A stretch of 63,971 bases of DNA, the filler included, from Octopus bimaculoides (lineage: Eukaryota), in assembly GCF_001194135.2 (NCBI RefSeq). It is 6 parts of 5 records of this genome, joined end to end, with 100 filler letters (N's around TTAATTAATTAA, not from the genome) between each part and the next. Parts side by side here need not be neighbours in the genome. Positions count along the whole stretch, not along the records: positions 62,950 to 63,971 come from NW_026396269.1; 5 more parts are not named here. One strand, written 5' to 3'. Made by a program: the position numbers and the translations under genes. This document shows positions 63,206 to 63,971 of the stretch, one piece after another. How positions within the stretch are numbered: position 1 is the stretch's first letter; every line of letters begins with the position of its first letter. Below the pieces are notes generated by a model, which was not told the origin of the DNA, searched no databases, and saw only the letters and a list, made by a program, of their open reading frames with translations.

Positions 63206-63971
63206 NNNNNNNNNNCACACACACACACACACACACACACACATAAATATATATCCATATAAATATATCTGGTGCAGCCCCTCAGCTTACCTGCCCTGAT
63301 CAAACCGTCCAAACCATGCGAGCATGGACAACGGACGTTAAACGATGATGATGATGATGATCTTGTGCGTTTATAATTACTGGCGTAATGACCCTCCCAA
63401 GATTCAAGATTTGTATCAATACATGAATTCACTTCAAGAATCTTACAAACACATCCATACACATACATACATACATATATATATATATACAGATATATAG
63501 ACATATATATACATACACATATATAAACGTATATAAGTACGTAATCATACATAGCCATATATACACGTTTACGTACACATACATATACATACATATAGTC
63601 ATGCATACATACAGATAACCATATATACATATGCTTACAGATATATATTTAAGCATTTGAAAGAATGTCCATATTTATATATGTACATATGTATACATCT
63701 GCATAAACTGATATATATGTATGTATGTATGCACACACATCTAACTATACACACAAATACAAGGAGCTATATATACATTTCTTTCTTTCATTTACACACA
63801 GGTCTACATCTACATTCATGCATATAGCAATGTATATATTCATCTGTGCACACGCATATCTATACATATACACCCTTAGATATATATATATAAACACACA
63901 TACATGCAGCTACATATACATATATATTCACACACAGGCACGCACACACCCATATATATATATATATATAT

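Noticed and set aside
568-63656. Numerous ORFs rich in YI, CV, HT, LS or X
   Set aside because: Translations of dinucleotide and tetranucleotide microsatellites and of N gaps.

Overview
AT-rich, microsatellite-saturated eukaryotic DNA with many N gaps. The repeat families and composition suggest a cephalopod, most likely Octopus (inference; no database search was possible). I recognise no host protein-coding gene. Almost all ORFs in the supplied track come from (TA)n/(CA)n/(TTC)n repeats, N gaps or transposon remnants. What the sequence does support: (1) several tRNA-derived SINE families, two copies with clear target-site duplications and one nested inside another SINE; (2) non-LTR retrotransposon remnants of RTE, R4/Dong-like and HERO-like type; (3) Tc1/mariner DNA transposons, namely one full-length but decayed DD34D mariner with TIRs, four further mariner fragments and two DD37D (maT/Bmmar1-like) copies; (4) fold-back/MITE-like inverted repeats. 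The most interesting signal is six minimal type I hammerhead-ribozyme motifs from three distinct short repeat families (21.45, 25.7, 28.36, 30.5, 35.9 and 40.85 kb), the type known from Penelope-like elements. One sits exactly at the apex of a ~175-bp-arm inverted repeat inserted into an R4/Dong-like LINE with an apparent 13-bp target duplication. A few isolated candidate exons and one ORF with a signal-peptide-like start (56.8 kb) are reported at low confidence. Five 44N-TTAATTAATTAA-44N linkers look like artificial scaffold joins, so linkage across them is uncertain. Repeat boundaries were read by eye and are approximate.
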